This document shows positions 48,653-57,326 of a DNA stretch of 64,000 bases, piece after piece. The notes under the pieces are model-generated. The model was given only the letters and a program-made list of their open reading frames with translations. It was not told where the DNA came from and made no database searches. Position 1 is the stretch's first letter. Each line of letters starts with the position of its first letter. Origin of the DNA: a virus; IMG/VR virus record IMGVR_UViG_3300025141_000029, positions 32,001-96,000 of that record. The stretch is one strand, 5' to 3'. Both the position numbers and the translations under genes were made by a program.

Positions 48653-48912
48653 AGGCCAAAAACTCCGTGATCTTCCATACATTTAAGATATGCCGGATCT
48701 TTACGATTGCGGCCTACACCACGGCACTTGCACTCTGCCCACATCCAGAGACCCTGATCATCGCCAGGCGGTACGCCACAAGGATCTGTTTCTGCAGCTG
48801 CCATAGAAGCTTCTTTTTCCCACCATGCTGCGTCTTCTGGGGAAATTTCTTTTAGTACTGCCGAAAATTCCTCTTTAATAATCTCTCTTAATCGTTGCTT
48901 TGTAATCTTCAT
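48649..48912 (-). CDS. Leader-family protein 1 (MKITKQRLREIIKEE) with a four-Cys cargo
   Basis: Shared leader; GAGG SD; ACTACTTA upstream. Confidence 0.8.
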   Translation of the reverse strand: MKITKQRLREIIKEEFSAVLKEISPEDAAWWEKEASMAAAETDPCGVPPGDDQGLWMWAECKCRGVGRNRKDPAYLKCMEDHGVFGL

Positions 48913-48936
48913 ATTAATCCTCTAATATTAAGTAGT

Positions 48937-49246
48937 TGGTGGAAGTGCCGGGAGTCGAACCCGGGTCCTAAATATTTCCAACATATTGTCGTTCACAAGG
49001 TTAGTCAGTTTATGAACTCTGACAAACTTAAACGCACCGCGCACCATCAGTTTTTTAAAGAAACTGAAAACTCTATTTTGTAGTCTTGGTTAACAAGGCG
49101 ACTACAACCCCGTGATTACGCCGCTAGGGCGTATTCAAAGTCAACGTTATCGTTGGCGTTTAAAAGTTTGAGTGTTTTTACTGTGCCGCACTCACACAGC
49201 CTTGCACATTATATTTTCAATATTCAGTCGATACCAGTTCACCCCC
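48937..49246 (-). ncRNA. ssrA: tmRNA (one-piece, 310 nt), tag peptide ANDNVDFEYALAA at 49157-49116
   Basis: 5' end GGGGGTGAACTGGTATCGAC and 3' end GACCCGGGTTCGACTCCCGGCACTTCCACCA give an acceptor stem with G3.U70, a T-arm and an encoded CCA. The internal tag ORF ends YALAA-stop. Confidence 0.95.
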
Positions 49247-50210
49247 GCATAAGTAATTCATTAATTAAATAGTCATAAGACTTGATAAATGTTGCCTTTG
49301 TTTTCCTCTCTAAAAATTGATCTCGTGACATTTCGCCGACATCATTATATGGAAGAATATCAACTTTGTGAACCTCAATATCATACTCTAATAAAAGTTT
49401 TATAATCTTCAAAGTTTTTCTGTCAACATCCGGATCCAAAGCAATATAAACTGGCGTATCGTTTTTCACAATCTCTTGGAATAATTTTGAATGTTCCCTC
49501 AAAGTTGAACCAAGAATTGGAACAGCATTATCTCCTGCTTTAATCGCATCGAAAACGCCCTCGACCAAAATCAGATCTTCATCGAAGTCAAGATACAACT
49601 CATTGAAAATGATATCTTTGCTGGCTTGTGGATTTTTATATTTTCTCCAATCATCTCCATAGCTTCTGGCAATAAAGAAATTTGCTTTTCCGGCCAAACC
49701 AAAAGAAGGAACAATGACGCGAGATCCAAATTCGCCGTCGTCACAATATCCAATTTTCCATTTAATAATATCTTGTCTATAGACGTCGCGACTTTCCAAA
49801 TAATTTAAAGGATACAAAGAAGTCTTTGGAAGATTTTTATTTGCGAGAGATACAAATTCTTTTGGTAAATCAAGAGTCTGCTCTTCTTCAACGATTTTAT
49901 CATCTTGTAGCAAAGCTTCTGTAAAAGTTGAAATATCAATTTGTTGTGTAAACTGAGCCCATTCTTTGCGCTGTTCGTAATTTCCATAACGACGAATTAA
50001 ACGATAGACTGAATGGCCGGCATATTCGCAAACCCAACATTTGAATACATCGCGCTCAATATTAACTGAAAGTTTATTTTTGTGATGATCACATTTTGGA
50101 CAAGCGAAGAGAAGTTCATTTCCAGCTTGATTATAATATCCTAAAACATTTCTTAAAATTACGCGCTTTTTTCCATCTGACATAAATACCCTGCTTTTGC
50201 AATCACCCAA
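49239..50210 (-). CDS. DNA primase (zinc finger + TOPRIM); likely start MSDGKK at 50183
   Basis: CPKC...CWVC, YLESR, LVEGVFDAI, ALDPD and DVGEM. Confidence 0.88.
   Translation of the reverse strand: MGDCKSRVFMSDGKKRVILRNVLGYYNQAGNELLFACPKCDHHKNKLSVNIERDVFKCWVCEYAGHSVYRLIRRYGNYEQRKEWAQFTQQIDISTFTEALLQDDKIVEEEQTLDLPKEFVSLANKNLPKTSLYPLNYLESRDVYRQDIIKWKIGYCDDGEFGSRVIVPSFGLAGKANFFIARSYGDDWRKYKNPQASKDIIFNELYLDFDEDLILVEGVFDAIKAGDNAVPILGSTLREHSKLFQEIVKNDTPVYIALDPDVDRKTLKIIKLLLEYDIEVHKVDILPYNDVGEMSRDQFLERKTKATFIKSYDYLINELLMRG
49266..49273 (-). promoter_or_regulatory. ACTATTTA late-promoter-like motif inside the primase 3' end, upstream of tmRNA
   Basis: Same motif as at the structural genes, ending 20 nt before the tmRNA 5' end. 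Confidence 0.55.
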
Positions 50211-50692
50211 CTATCTGCTTTATCAAAACAGTGCGGTTTTGGATTGCCGTGCTTAGTATATTCTATAAGAACAGATGGTACATTGTCAAGAACATATTGT
50301 ATAACAACTTGTTTTGCTTTGACACCTTTTGGGATTTTGATGCCACATTTTTTTCTTGCGGACGTCGCAGCAACATATTCTGGCTGTAGTTCAAACACTT
50401 CATAACATAGCCACGAAACAATGCCGTTAAAACGAGATAATGTAGATAATGTCTTTGCCGATGAAAATCCAGATCGAAATGATTGAAGTGACTGTTCTAT
50501 AAAAACTGAAGAAATATTAAATTCATCATCAATCTGTCTAAGTAATTCTTTGATTTCGCGACCTTTGTGAAAAAGTGTTGGAAAATATTTTTTGTTTCGA
50601 AAGTCCCAAGCCTCATTAAAAACAACTTTTCCGTCATTGTCGATAACTGTTACGCCAGTTATGCTCGTGCTAATATCTAAACCTAAAATCAT
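50159..50692 (-). CDS. RuvC-like Holliday junction resolvase
   Basis: MILGLDISTSITG, VFIEQ and DKADSWVIA. Confidence 0.85.
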   Translation of the reverse strand: MILGLDISTSITGVTVIDNDGKVVFNEAWDFRNKKYFPTLFHKGREIKELLRQIDDEFNISSVFIEQSLQSFRSGFSSAKTLSTLSRFNGIVSWLCYEVFELQPEYVAATSARKKCGIKIPKGVKAKQVVIQYVLDNVPSVLIEYTKHGNPKPHCFDKADSWVIAKAGYLCQMEKSA

Positions 50693-50704
50693 TCTTTAAT
50701 TATA

Positions 50705-51850
50705 TCAATAATCTAGCTTAAGTTTAAATGTATAATCATCACCTTCTTGTTTTCGAACCGGTGTAGCAAGTTTGGCTATGGCAATCAAATTTTTATTTTT
50801 ATCAAAGATTCCTATTTTCGATATGAATGTTTGTTTTTTGAATGTTTCATTGTAACCACTGAATGAGCTGCTAACTGTATTAATCAATTCTATATTTGAA
50901 ATTTCAGAATATTTTCCTGAAGATGTTACATAAGTTGTTGAGCTGTCACTAGCTGTTGAGCCGCTTTTTTGTGCATACGTTGGATTTGGTGAATAATTTA
51001 ACAAGCCGGGTTGTGCATGTGCGAACATCGTAATCATATTTGTTTTTTGAACACCCTGTACATCCAAACTATAGCTTGATGAAATAGTTAGATATGTTTT
51101 GCGTGCGTACGCATTCCACCTGGGCGCAATCGTAGATCCACCATCTGATACGTATTTCTCTACATGTGCGGCATTAAGATCCCATGATCCCGTTAAGATG
51201 ATAAGCCCTTCATTATAAAGGACCACGCCGGCCACTTTATCATCATTAGAAGAGATCGAGCCTGATGACTGAATCAATTCACCATTTCTATTTTTATCTG
51301 TTAACTTGCCCTGAAGAGTACCAGATACATAAAAACGCAAATCAACAGTTCCTTTCTTGATACTGCTTCCGTAGAAAATCGATGGAAAGTCAACCAAAGT
51401 CAACCTTTGTGTTCCTTTATCTCCCAGCGATGAAGAAAAAGCATAATGAGCGCTATAGTTCTTATAATAATCTAAAACATTCTTTAGCGCATCAATTTGT
51501 GATCTAGTCGAATCAGTGTCATGAACCGCTGTTTGTATCGTTGCTGTTAAGGGATAGCTGCCAGTTAATAATGTTCCGGAATCAAGTACTGCGAACTCAC
51601 TAGTACTAATTGTTCGGAACATCTCAAGCGAAGAACCTTTCGGCAAGAAAGGATAAATTAAATTATCTGTTGCTCGATTAACGTTTAATTCATATAAGCT
51701 GATATTTCCAGCAGGCGTATTAGAATTTACAATTGATTGATCTAGATTATTATAATAAGCAGTTGGACCATAAATAAAAAAACTACAATATGGATTTAAT
51801 TCAATTGTATTGGTTAATAAATCACTTTTTTTAAATTTATAATAAGGCAT
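50705..51850 (-). CDS. Virion baseplate/fibre-base protein, paralogue of 51863-53005
   Basis: IKKG, G.V.Y..G, NYS.NPTY and C-terminal IGIFD...LIAIAKLATPVRK...LKLDY. Confidence 0.6.
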   Translation of the reverse strand: MPYYKFKKSDLLTNTIELNPYCSFFIYGPTAYYNNLDQSIVNSNTPAGNISLYELNVNRATDNLIYPFLPKGSSLEMFRTISTSEFAVLDSGTLLTGSYPLTATIQTAVHDTDSTRSQIDALKNVLDYYKNYSAHYAFSSSLGDKGTQRLTLVDFPSIFYGSSIKKGTVDLRFYVSGTLQGKLTDKNRNGELIQSSGSISSNDDKVAGVVLYNEGLIILTGSWDLNAAHVEKYVSDGGSTIAPRWNAYARKTYLTISSSYSLDVQGVQKTNMITMFAHAQPGLLNYSPNPTYAQKSGSTASDSSTTYVTSSGKYSEISNIELINTVSSSFSGYNETFKKQTFISKIGIFDKNKNLIAIAKLATPVRKQEGDDYTFKLKLDY

Positions 51851-51862
51851 TCTTTGAATACC

Positions 51863-53005
51863 TTAATAGTCTAATCTAACTCTAACTGTGACCTCATTTG
51901 ACGGATCTTTACGCAACGGTTCAGAAAGCTTGGCGGTTGCCAATAATTCATTATCTGCGGAATATAATCCTACGGTTGTTAAATATGAGACCGGCAAATC
52001 AGTTGAAAATGTTTTTGTAACAATTTGGCTAGCAGACAAATAGGTTGGATTTGAACTATAATTAAATTCGTTATTATTGAGTCGACAGAAATAAATTGTT
52101 GAATTTAATTCTGTTGTATTATTAAATTGAATACTTTCAATTCTGTGTCTGATATTGTCGCAATTTCCAGAAATAGTAGAAGCAGTTAATGCATTGTTTA
52201 TGTTTAAGCCGGCCGAATCCATATTAATTTCTGAAATAACAGGTGTTAAAGCAGATCCAGAAACACCTAAGCTAGAGCCACTCAGGAATATTGAAGCCGT
52301 TATAACAGCGATGCCGGCTTGATAATAAATTAAGCCAGCAGAATCTGTAGTTTTTATTGGAGCCGCTGTATCGATCGGTGAGCCAACCAGATTAGAAGCA
52401 TATAGCACGCCATAATCACCAGTTGGAGAGTTTACAAAATATCCATCTGATCCGGAAGAATCATTTAATCTAACTTGGGCTGCCATCGGTACACCGGAGC
52501 CAGAAAAAACAGAAGCCAAGCCTAAATCTAAGTAAAAGGATCCTTTTTTAATCTCGTCTTTGTTGAGAAGGCGAGCAAAATTAATAAATATAACTTCATT
52601 CATTTTACCAGTGCCATCGGCTAAATTACCGTCAATATCGAATCTTTGAATATTGCCATTAACATCGTGGCCTACTAAAACTTGAGCCATTTGGTTATAT
52701 ATATTAATCTTATTTTTTCTTTGTGTGGCATCTTGACTTGCGCCGCCCGATAATGATGAGGCTGAAGAATAGCCAACTGCTAAATCAAGAATATGATTGG
52801 CCGACGAACTTAAATATGGATAATCATACACTGACTGGAACATGCCGTGAGAATAATTTTTAATATTACTCTCTGCTCCCACACCAAACACGCCTAAACC
52901 ATAAGTACCTGATAATATTGTACCTGTAATGGGAATTGCTTCATGAAGCAACGTTCTTGTTGTTGTTCTATCGTTATTTAGAAATGTTTTAAAAGTGCTT
53001 GCCAT
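51863..53005 (-). CDS. Virion baseplate/fibre-base protein
   Basis: IKKG, GLIYYQAG, FNYSSNPTY and VGLYS...LLATAKLSEPLRK...VRLDY. Confidence 0.6.
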   Translation of the reverse strand: MASTFKTFLNNDRTTTRTLLHEAIPITGTILSGTYGLGVFGVGAESNIKNYSHGMFQSVYDYPYLSSSANHILDLAVGYSSASSLSGGASQDATQRKNKINIYNQMAQVLVGHDVNGNIQRFDIDGNLADGTGKMNEVIFINFARLLNKDEIKKGSFYLDLGLASVFSGSGVPMAAQVRLNDSSGSDGYFVNSPTGDYGVLYASNLVGSPIDTAAPIKTTDSAGLIYYQAGIAVITASIFLSGSSLGVSGSALTPVISEINMDSAGLNINNALTASTISGNCDNIRHRIESIQFNNTTELNSTIYFCRLNNNEFNYSSNPTYLSASQIVTKTFSTDLPVSYLTTVGLYSADNELLATAKLSEPLRKDPSNEVTVRVRLDY

Positions 53006-53022
53006 TTTTATATCCTATTATA

Positions 53023-54048
53023 TTAAACTTTCTTGAGAAAGCGAACTGGAACATCGATTCTATATCCAGTTGTTATGCCAGTAATTCTTACTGTAGAATC
53101 AATATACTTGAAAGTTGGACTGGATGTTGTATTACTCATCGTTACAGTACCTCCAAGTCGATCAAATAAACTTTCACTGGTATTTAATTCCAAAGAAGCT
53201 CGAATTGCGAACCACAAACGATTGCCGCGGGGTCCGGCGATAACGGAAGTTGGGCCGCCGCCGGTGCCAGTTACAGTACCATAAGACGAATCAAATAAAG
53301 CACCGTTGGTATTTTTTGAAACATAATAGCTGGCTATTCTATCATCATCCACAAAATTCTGTCCTACCAATTGCATTGCTGTATTACCTTGATTAGATGC
53401 TGGTCCCGGGGTTGTTATCTTTCCTAGGCGATCATCAATTTCAATCATATATTGATTTTCAATCAAGTCAGCATCCAAGGAAAATGTGTCTGGAATCTTG
53501 GCCGTATCTAGTCCTTGATCTAACGCTATTAATGTTCCATTCCCTCCGACGCCAGCACCAGCAGAAATTCCATCACCCTTTATTATTCCTGGAATGCTAG
53601 TTAGAGGTTGTAACACGGGACTACTATCAGTTCTAGTAACATCGCTCGTATCTTGATCAACAGAAATCACATACATTCCAGTCGAAGAATCTGAAAACGG
53701 AGAAGAGCCACCAGTGAAAGCTAGAGAAGCAGGCAGAAAAGCGCTGTTCACCAATTTAATTACTGGCAAATAAAGTAAATTATTTCTCGGAATTGTCATT
53801 AATTTATGCTTGCAAGATCCAATATTATTTGTAAACGCCTCCAAGACGGGCGTTGTCAAAATATCTAAATCGTAGTAAGCTGATCCGGACGCATGATTTT
53901 TATCATATTTGCCATAATCAATTTCGTCGTCGGCGGCAGCAAATTTTGTAATCTTGAAAGATCCATCACCTCTAGCTAAACGTTCGCGGCCGAGGTCTGT
54001 TAAAACGGCGTCTAGTATAATATCGCCTGAGTTATCTAAAAATCCCAT
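53023..54048 (-). CDS. Virion baseplate/fibre-base protein
   Basis: N-terminal DAVLTDLGRERLA.G...ITKFA..DDEIDY; two ACTATTTA motifs upstream. Confidence 0.6.
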   Translation of the reverse strand: MGFLDNSGDIILDAVLTDLGRERLARGDGSFKITKFAAADDEIDYGKYDKNHASGSAYYDLDILTTPVLEAFTNNIGSCKHKLMTIPRNNLLYLPVIKLVNSAFLPASLAFTGGSSPFSDSSTGMYVISVDQDTSDVTRTDSSPVLQPLTSIPGIIKGDGISAGAGVGGNGTLIALDQGLDTAKIPDTFSLDADLIENQYMIEIDDRLGKITTPGPASNQGNTAMQLVGQNFVDDDRIASYYVSKNTNGALFDSSYGTVTGTGGGPTSVIAGPRGNRLWFAIRASLELNTSESLFDRLGGTVTMSNTTSSPTFKYIDSTVRITGITTGYRIDVPVRFLKKV

Positions 54049-54080
54049 TTAAGTTCTCCAAATTATAAATGATTTTACCA

Positions 54081-54105
54081 TAAATAGTCTACTACTTTAA
54101 ATAGT
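54081..54105 (-). promoter_or_regulatory. Tandem ACTATTTA late-promoter-like motifs
   Basis: Copies at 54081-54088 and 54098-54105. Further copies or variants at 6815, 19814, 21659, 24692, 27416, 27672, 28421, 31816, 41677, 43878, 48929 and 49266. Confidence 0.7.
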
Positions 54106-54123
54106 CTTTTTGTTTAATATCGA

Positions 54124-57100
54124 CTATTTTTCTAATGCCGGTTTTTTAAATCTTAAATTAATATCAAGTTTACGTCCGGTTTTTCGTGATACTAATCGTA
54201 CTCTAAACTGATTATATTCATTTTCAGAATTTGGATCAAAACCAAATATACTATGCTCTTTTGTTCCCAAAGGAATAAAACTCGCATCATCGTTGAGATC
54301 TTCTATATAATCTTTTATCGACGATTTAATCGGCGGCGCTTCAAAATCAATACCTCCCATTTCAGGATCATCATTGATAAAGGCCTGCTCTAGACTTGGC
54401 TTTATCATTAAATATTTTCTAAATGATTTTGTCAGTATTCGATCAGCAATTTGTTTTTGCTTATCAAAAAAACTTATATCATAAGTTCTCATTGTGAAGT
54501 AGATGGCGCCGTCATTATTGATTGTTTGAATTTCAAAAATATTTGTTGGATTTGAAAAATCAGGAGCGTTTGAATATTTATAAATTGGGCCGACGGCCAC
54601 GTTCTCGGATTGAGTAAGACTAAGTCCATGTTTTTCATCATTGGTTCGAAATGCATACCAATATTTTATACCCGGATTTATATCATCTATATACGATGGA
54701 GCACCATTGGCCATAGACAAAGTAACTTTTTTGCCAACACCGGTAATGCCAAAATCCAGATAACTTGATGGACCATTGGGGAAATCAATTTCAGATATTC
54801 TAAACATATCAAAACCGGTTATATCTCCTTCCGATTTAAAGTGAACTTTTCCTGATTGTCCAATTTCAGCATTTTGTATTTTCTCAATATCCTCCGGAAA
54901 AATTGGAATATAATCATCATAGTAATCATCCATACTAGAATTTAATGAAATCATAACTTGATTATCTTTGTGTCGATATGGGATGAAATTAACATCTGGA
55001 GGAGTGGGAGGTAATTCTTGTGTGTACACTGTCTTCGGACTTGTATAAGGAACCTCAAAAAGCATAACAGAAGCATCATCTGTTACTTCTATATCAGTTC
55101 GCCACCGTATATAGCCGGAGGAGGAGGCCAGAGCGTCGCTGCTGGCAAAACGATCCGATTCATATTTATACCTATTTCCAACCACCAATTGAATCGCAAA
55201 AATTTGATACGAATATTTTTTAGAATATATAATTTGTGTATCAATCAGCGTTGCTTCGTCTAGCTGAGAATCATTCAATACATAAAAAGTTTGAATTAAA
55301 TTGCCGTCGGCATCTTTCTTCTTTATCTTATAAAAGAGTGTTTCATTATAACAGGTTTTTCCACTTACAATATCGCTGTATAGGCGCTTATTTTTTTTAA
55401 TAAAATCAATATATAATGATTGAAACATGCTTTTATAAATTAATTGTACTAGAGGATTTTCAGCAAGAAATTCAATTTCCGAATCAGAATACGTTTCTGA
55501 TCCTACAGATATTGAATGCGCAGCTGCGTTTTGTATATTCTGTACTAAATTGCTACCTACGTGGAGATTTTTTATTCCTACAGCATAATTATTAAAATAA
55601 TATTGGTTTACATCAACTCCATTTTCATTTAACGGAAAATTTTGAGTTTCAAGTGCCTCATAGTTGGTACTTTGTAGGCCTTCTGCTGTTATTTGTTGTT
55701 CATAAGCAGTTAGAGATGTAGTGCGGGAAGGAATAGATTCTATGACAAGCTCATCCTCACCACTAATACCACTCGGCTGTAAGTGAGATATATCTGGATC
55801 AGTAAAGGCAATATAATCAGACACTAAAGGTAAAAATAAATTAGCGGCATGAAGAATATCGGCCACCTTTGTGTTAACATCAGTATTGAATCTTATTTCA
55901 TTATAAAACGGAAAAGATGCTTTGAATGTATTAATATTTTCATTTTTTATAGCCTCAAGAGGAAATATAATATTTTTAAATTTGTGGACGGCCATTCTAT
56001 ACATGATACCGCCGGCGGCATTGACCGTGAGAAGACTACTTACTTCCTCTTTAAAGACCCTTATCCATTCGTTTAAATATTCATTTCCAGATACACCAAC
56101 AATTTCTGTATAACCCGTGGCATTATCTGTTGTAGCAAACGGCCTCAGTATATTAGAAGGAAGACGGCCCATCATTGTTGTATGTATCCAGCCAAAAGTA
56201 TCCGCTATGGCGTCGCCGAGGTCGTTGTTTTCCGGATTCCAACTATTTTCTCTTTCTGACAACACAATATTGAAATTGGGTAGATATAATTCAACATGCT
56301 CCATGGCCATGCCTTCGTCGCCGGCAAGAGATGAAAACGCTACGTAGGTCTTGTCAAGATCAAAAGTTCCAGCTTCATATTCTGGTTGGGAAAAGTTATA
56401 AACTGGTTTTATATTTGCAAATAAAACTCTAATATTCGCTGCTGAATCTTGTAAACTTGATGCCGCAGGAGAATTAAAAACAAAAGCATGATCATGTAAA
56501 TTTCCTGGCGGAGTCATTAACTTAGTCTCGTCACCAGAAAGAACGGGGAAAGGAGCTACGCCCAAGCCTTGAAATGTTGCCAATGATGTACCAGGAATAC
56601 CCAAAAAACTTGGGGATGTCATACTATAGATAAAGCCTCTCCAATCGTCATACGAGTCCATACTAATCTGATTTTCTGGAGGCCAAATGTCATCTGGACC
56701 TCCTAGCAAGTACATGCGCCCGGTGCCGTTGGTGACCGAGTCGATGTACTCAAGAGACATAAAATATACTTGAATAATTGTATTATCACGAAATACTAAG
56801 TTTGTATGAAGATGTTCATATTGAGCAGTAGTAGATGGAAAAAAATTAGAACCAATATTATTGCTATACACTCCAGGGTTCAGTTTTTCATGAGTAAGTT
56901 CCAAATCTTGACCCTGGACGTGATTTAAAGGATTAACAAAAACAGAATCTCCTACTACTGCTGGATTATCCGGATTGTAGCATGAAGAATCTGGATCACT
57001 ACATTCCTCCGGTATCCGGTAAAAAAACTTTCCTAAGTTATAGCGCAAAAAATCAAATTGCGCAGGGCTTGGATCTTGAGGGGTTGCTCCCAGTTCGGCA

Positions 57101-57285
57101 CTCTTCTCTTCAAAATTAAAATCCTTATAAGGAACATTCCATGGAGGAAGGCCTAGTTTATAGGCCGGCCTTTGAGTTTCTTGAGTATCAACAAATAAAG
57201 TTGTATTCCCTACAAAGGCGGGCCCATCCTGCGGGGCTGAACCGCCGGGTGGAGAAGCTGCATTATCTGTGTCGTCACTTGACAT
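54124..57285 (-). CDS. Large hypothetical virion protein (1053 aa)
   Basis: Long acidic ORF in the structural block, with an FN3-like beta-rich C-terminal half (DTQI.Y.KKYSY, PPTPP). Confidence 0.65.
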   Translation of the reverse strand: MSSDDTDNAASPPGGSAPQDGPAFVGNTTLFVDTQETQRPAYKLGLPPWNVPYKDFNFEEKSAELGATPQDPSPAQFDFLRYNLGKFFYRIPEECSDPDSSCYNPDNPAVVGDSVFVNPLNHVQGQDLELTHEKLNPGVYSNNIGSNFFPSTTAQYEHLHTNLVFRDNTIIQVYFMSLEYIDSVTNGTGRMYLLGGPDDIWPPENQISMDSYDDWRGFIYSMTSPSFLGIPGTSLATFQGLGVAPFPVLSGDETKLMTPPGNLHDHAFVFNSPAASSLQDSAANIRVLFANIKPVYNFSQPEYEAGTFDLDKTYVAFSSLAGDEGMAMEHVELYLPNFNIVLSERENSWNPENNDLGDAIADTFGWIHTTMMGRLPSNILRPFATTDNATGYTEIVGVSGNEYLNEWIRVFKEEVSSLLTVNAAGGIMYRMAVHKFKNIIFPLEAIKNENINTFKASFPFYNEIRFNTDVNTKVADILHAANLFLPLVSDYIAFTDPDISHLQPSGISGEDELVIESIPSRTTSLTAYEQQITAEGLQSTNYEALETQNFPLNENGVDVNQYYFNNYAVGIKNLHVGSNLVQNIQNAAAHSISVGSETYSDSEIEFLAENPLVQLIYKSMFQSLYIDFIKKNKRLYSDIVSGKTCYNETLFYKIKKKDADGNLIQTFYVLNDSQLDEATLIDTQIIYSKKYSYQIFAIQLVVGNRYKYESDRFASSDALASSSGYIRWRTDIEVTDDASVMLFEVPYTSPKTVYTQELPPTPPDVNFIPYRHKDNQVMISLNSSMDDYYDDYIPIFPEDIEKIQNAEIGQSGKVHFKSEGDITGFDMFRISEIDFPNGPSSYLDFGITGVGKKVTLSMANGAPSYIDDINPGIKYWYAFRTNDEKHGLSLTQSENVAVGPIYKYSNAPDFSNPTNIFEIQTINNDGAIYFTMRTYDISFFDKQKQIADRILTKSFRKYLMIKPSLEQAFINDDPEMGGIDFEAPPIKSSIKDYIEDLNDDASFIPLGTKEHSIFGFDPNSENEYNQFRVRLVSRKTGRKLDINLRFKKPALEK

Positions 57286-57326
57286 TATTTATACCTTATC
57301 GTAAATATATAGAATTGTTTCATAAT

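Noticed and set aside
48937-48968. tRNA gene suggested by the T-arm and CCA
   Set aside because: There is no anticodon arm. The matching 5' acceptor strand is 310 nt away with a tag ORF in between, so this is tmRNA.
48937-48970. tmRNA 3' end as a prophage or island att site
   Set aside because: No integrase and no duplicated tmRNA 3' fragment were seen; both flanks are phage genes.
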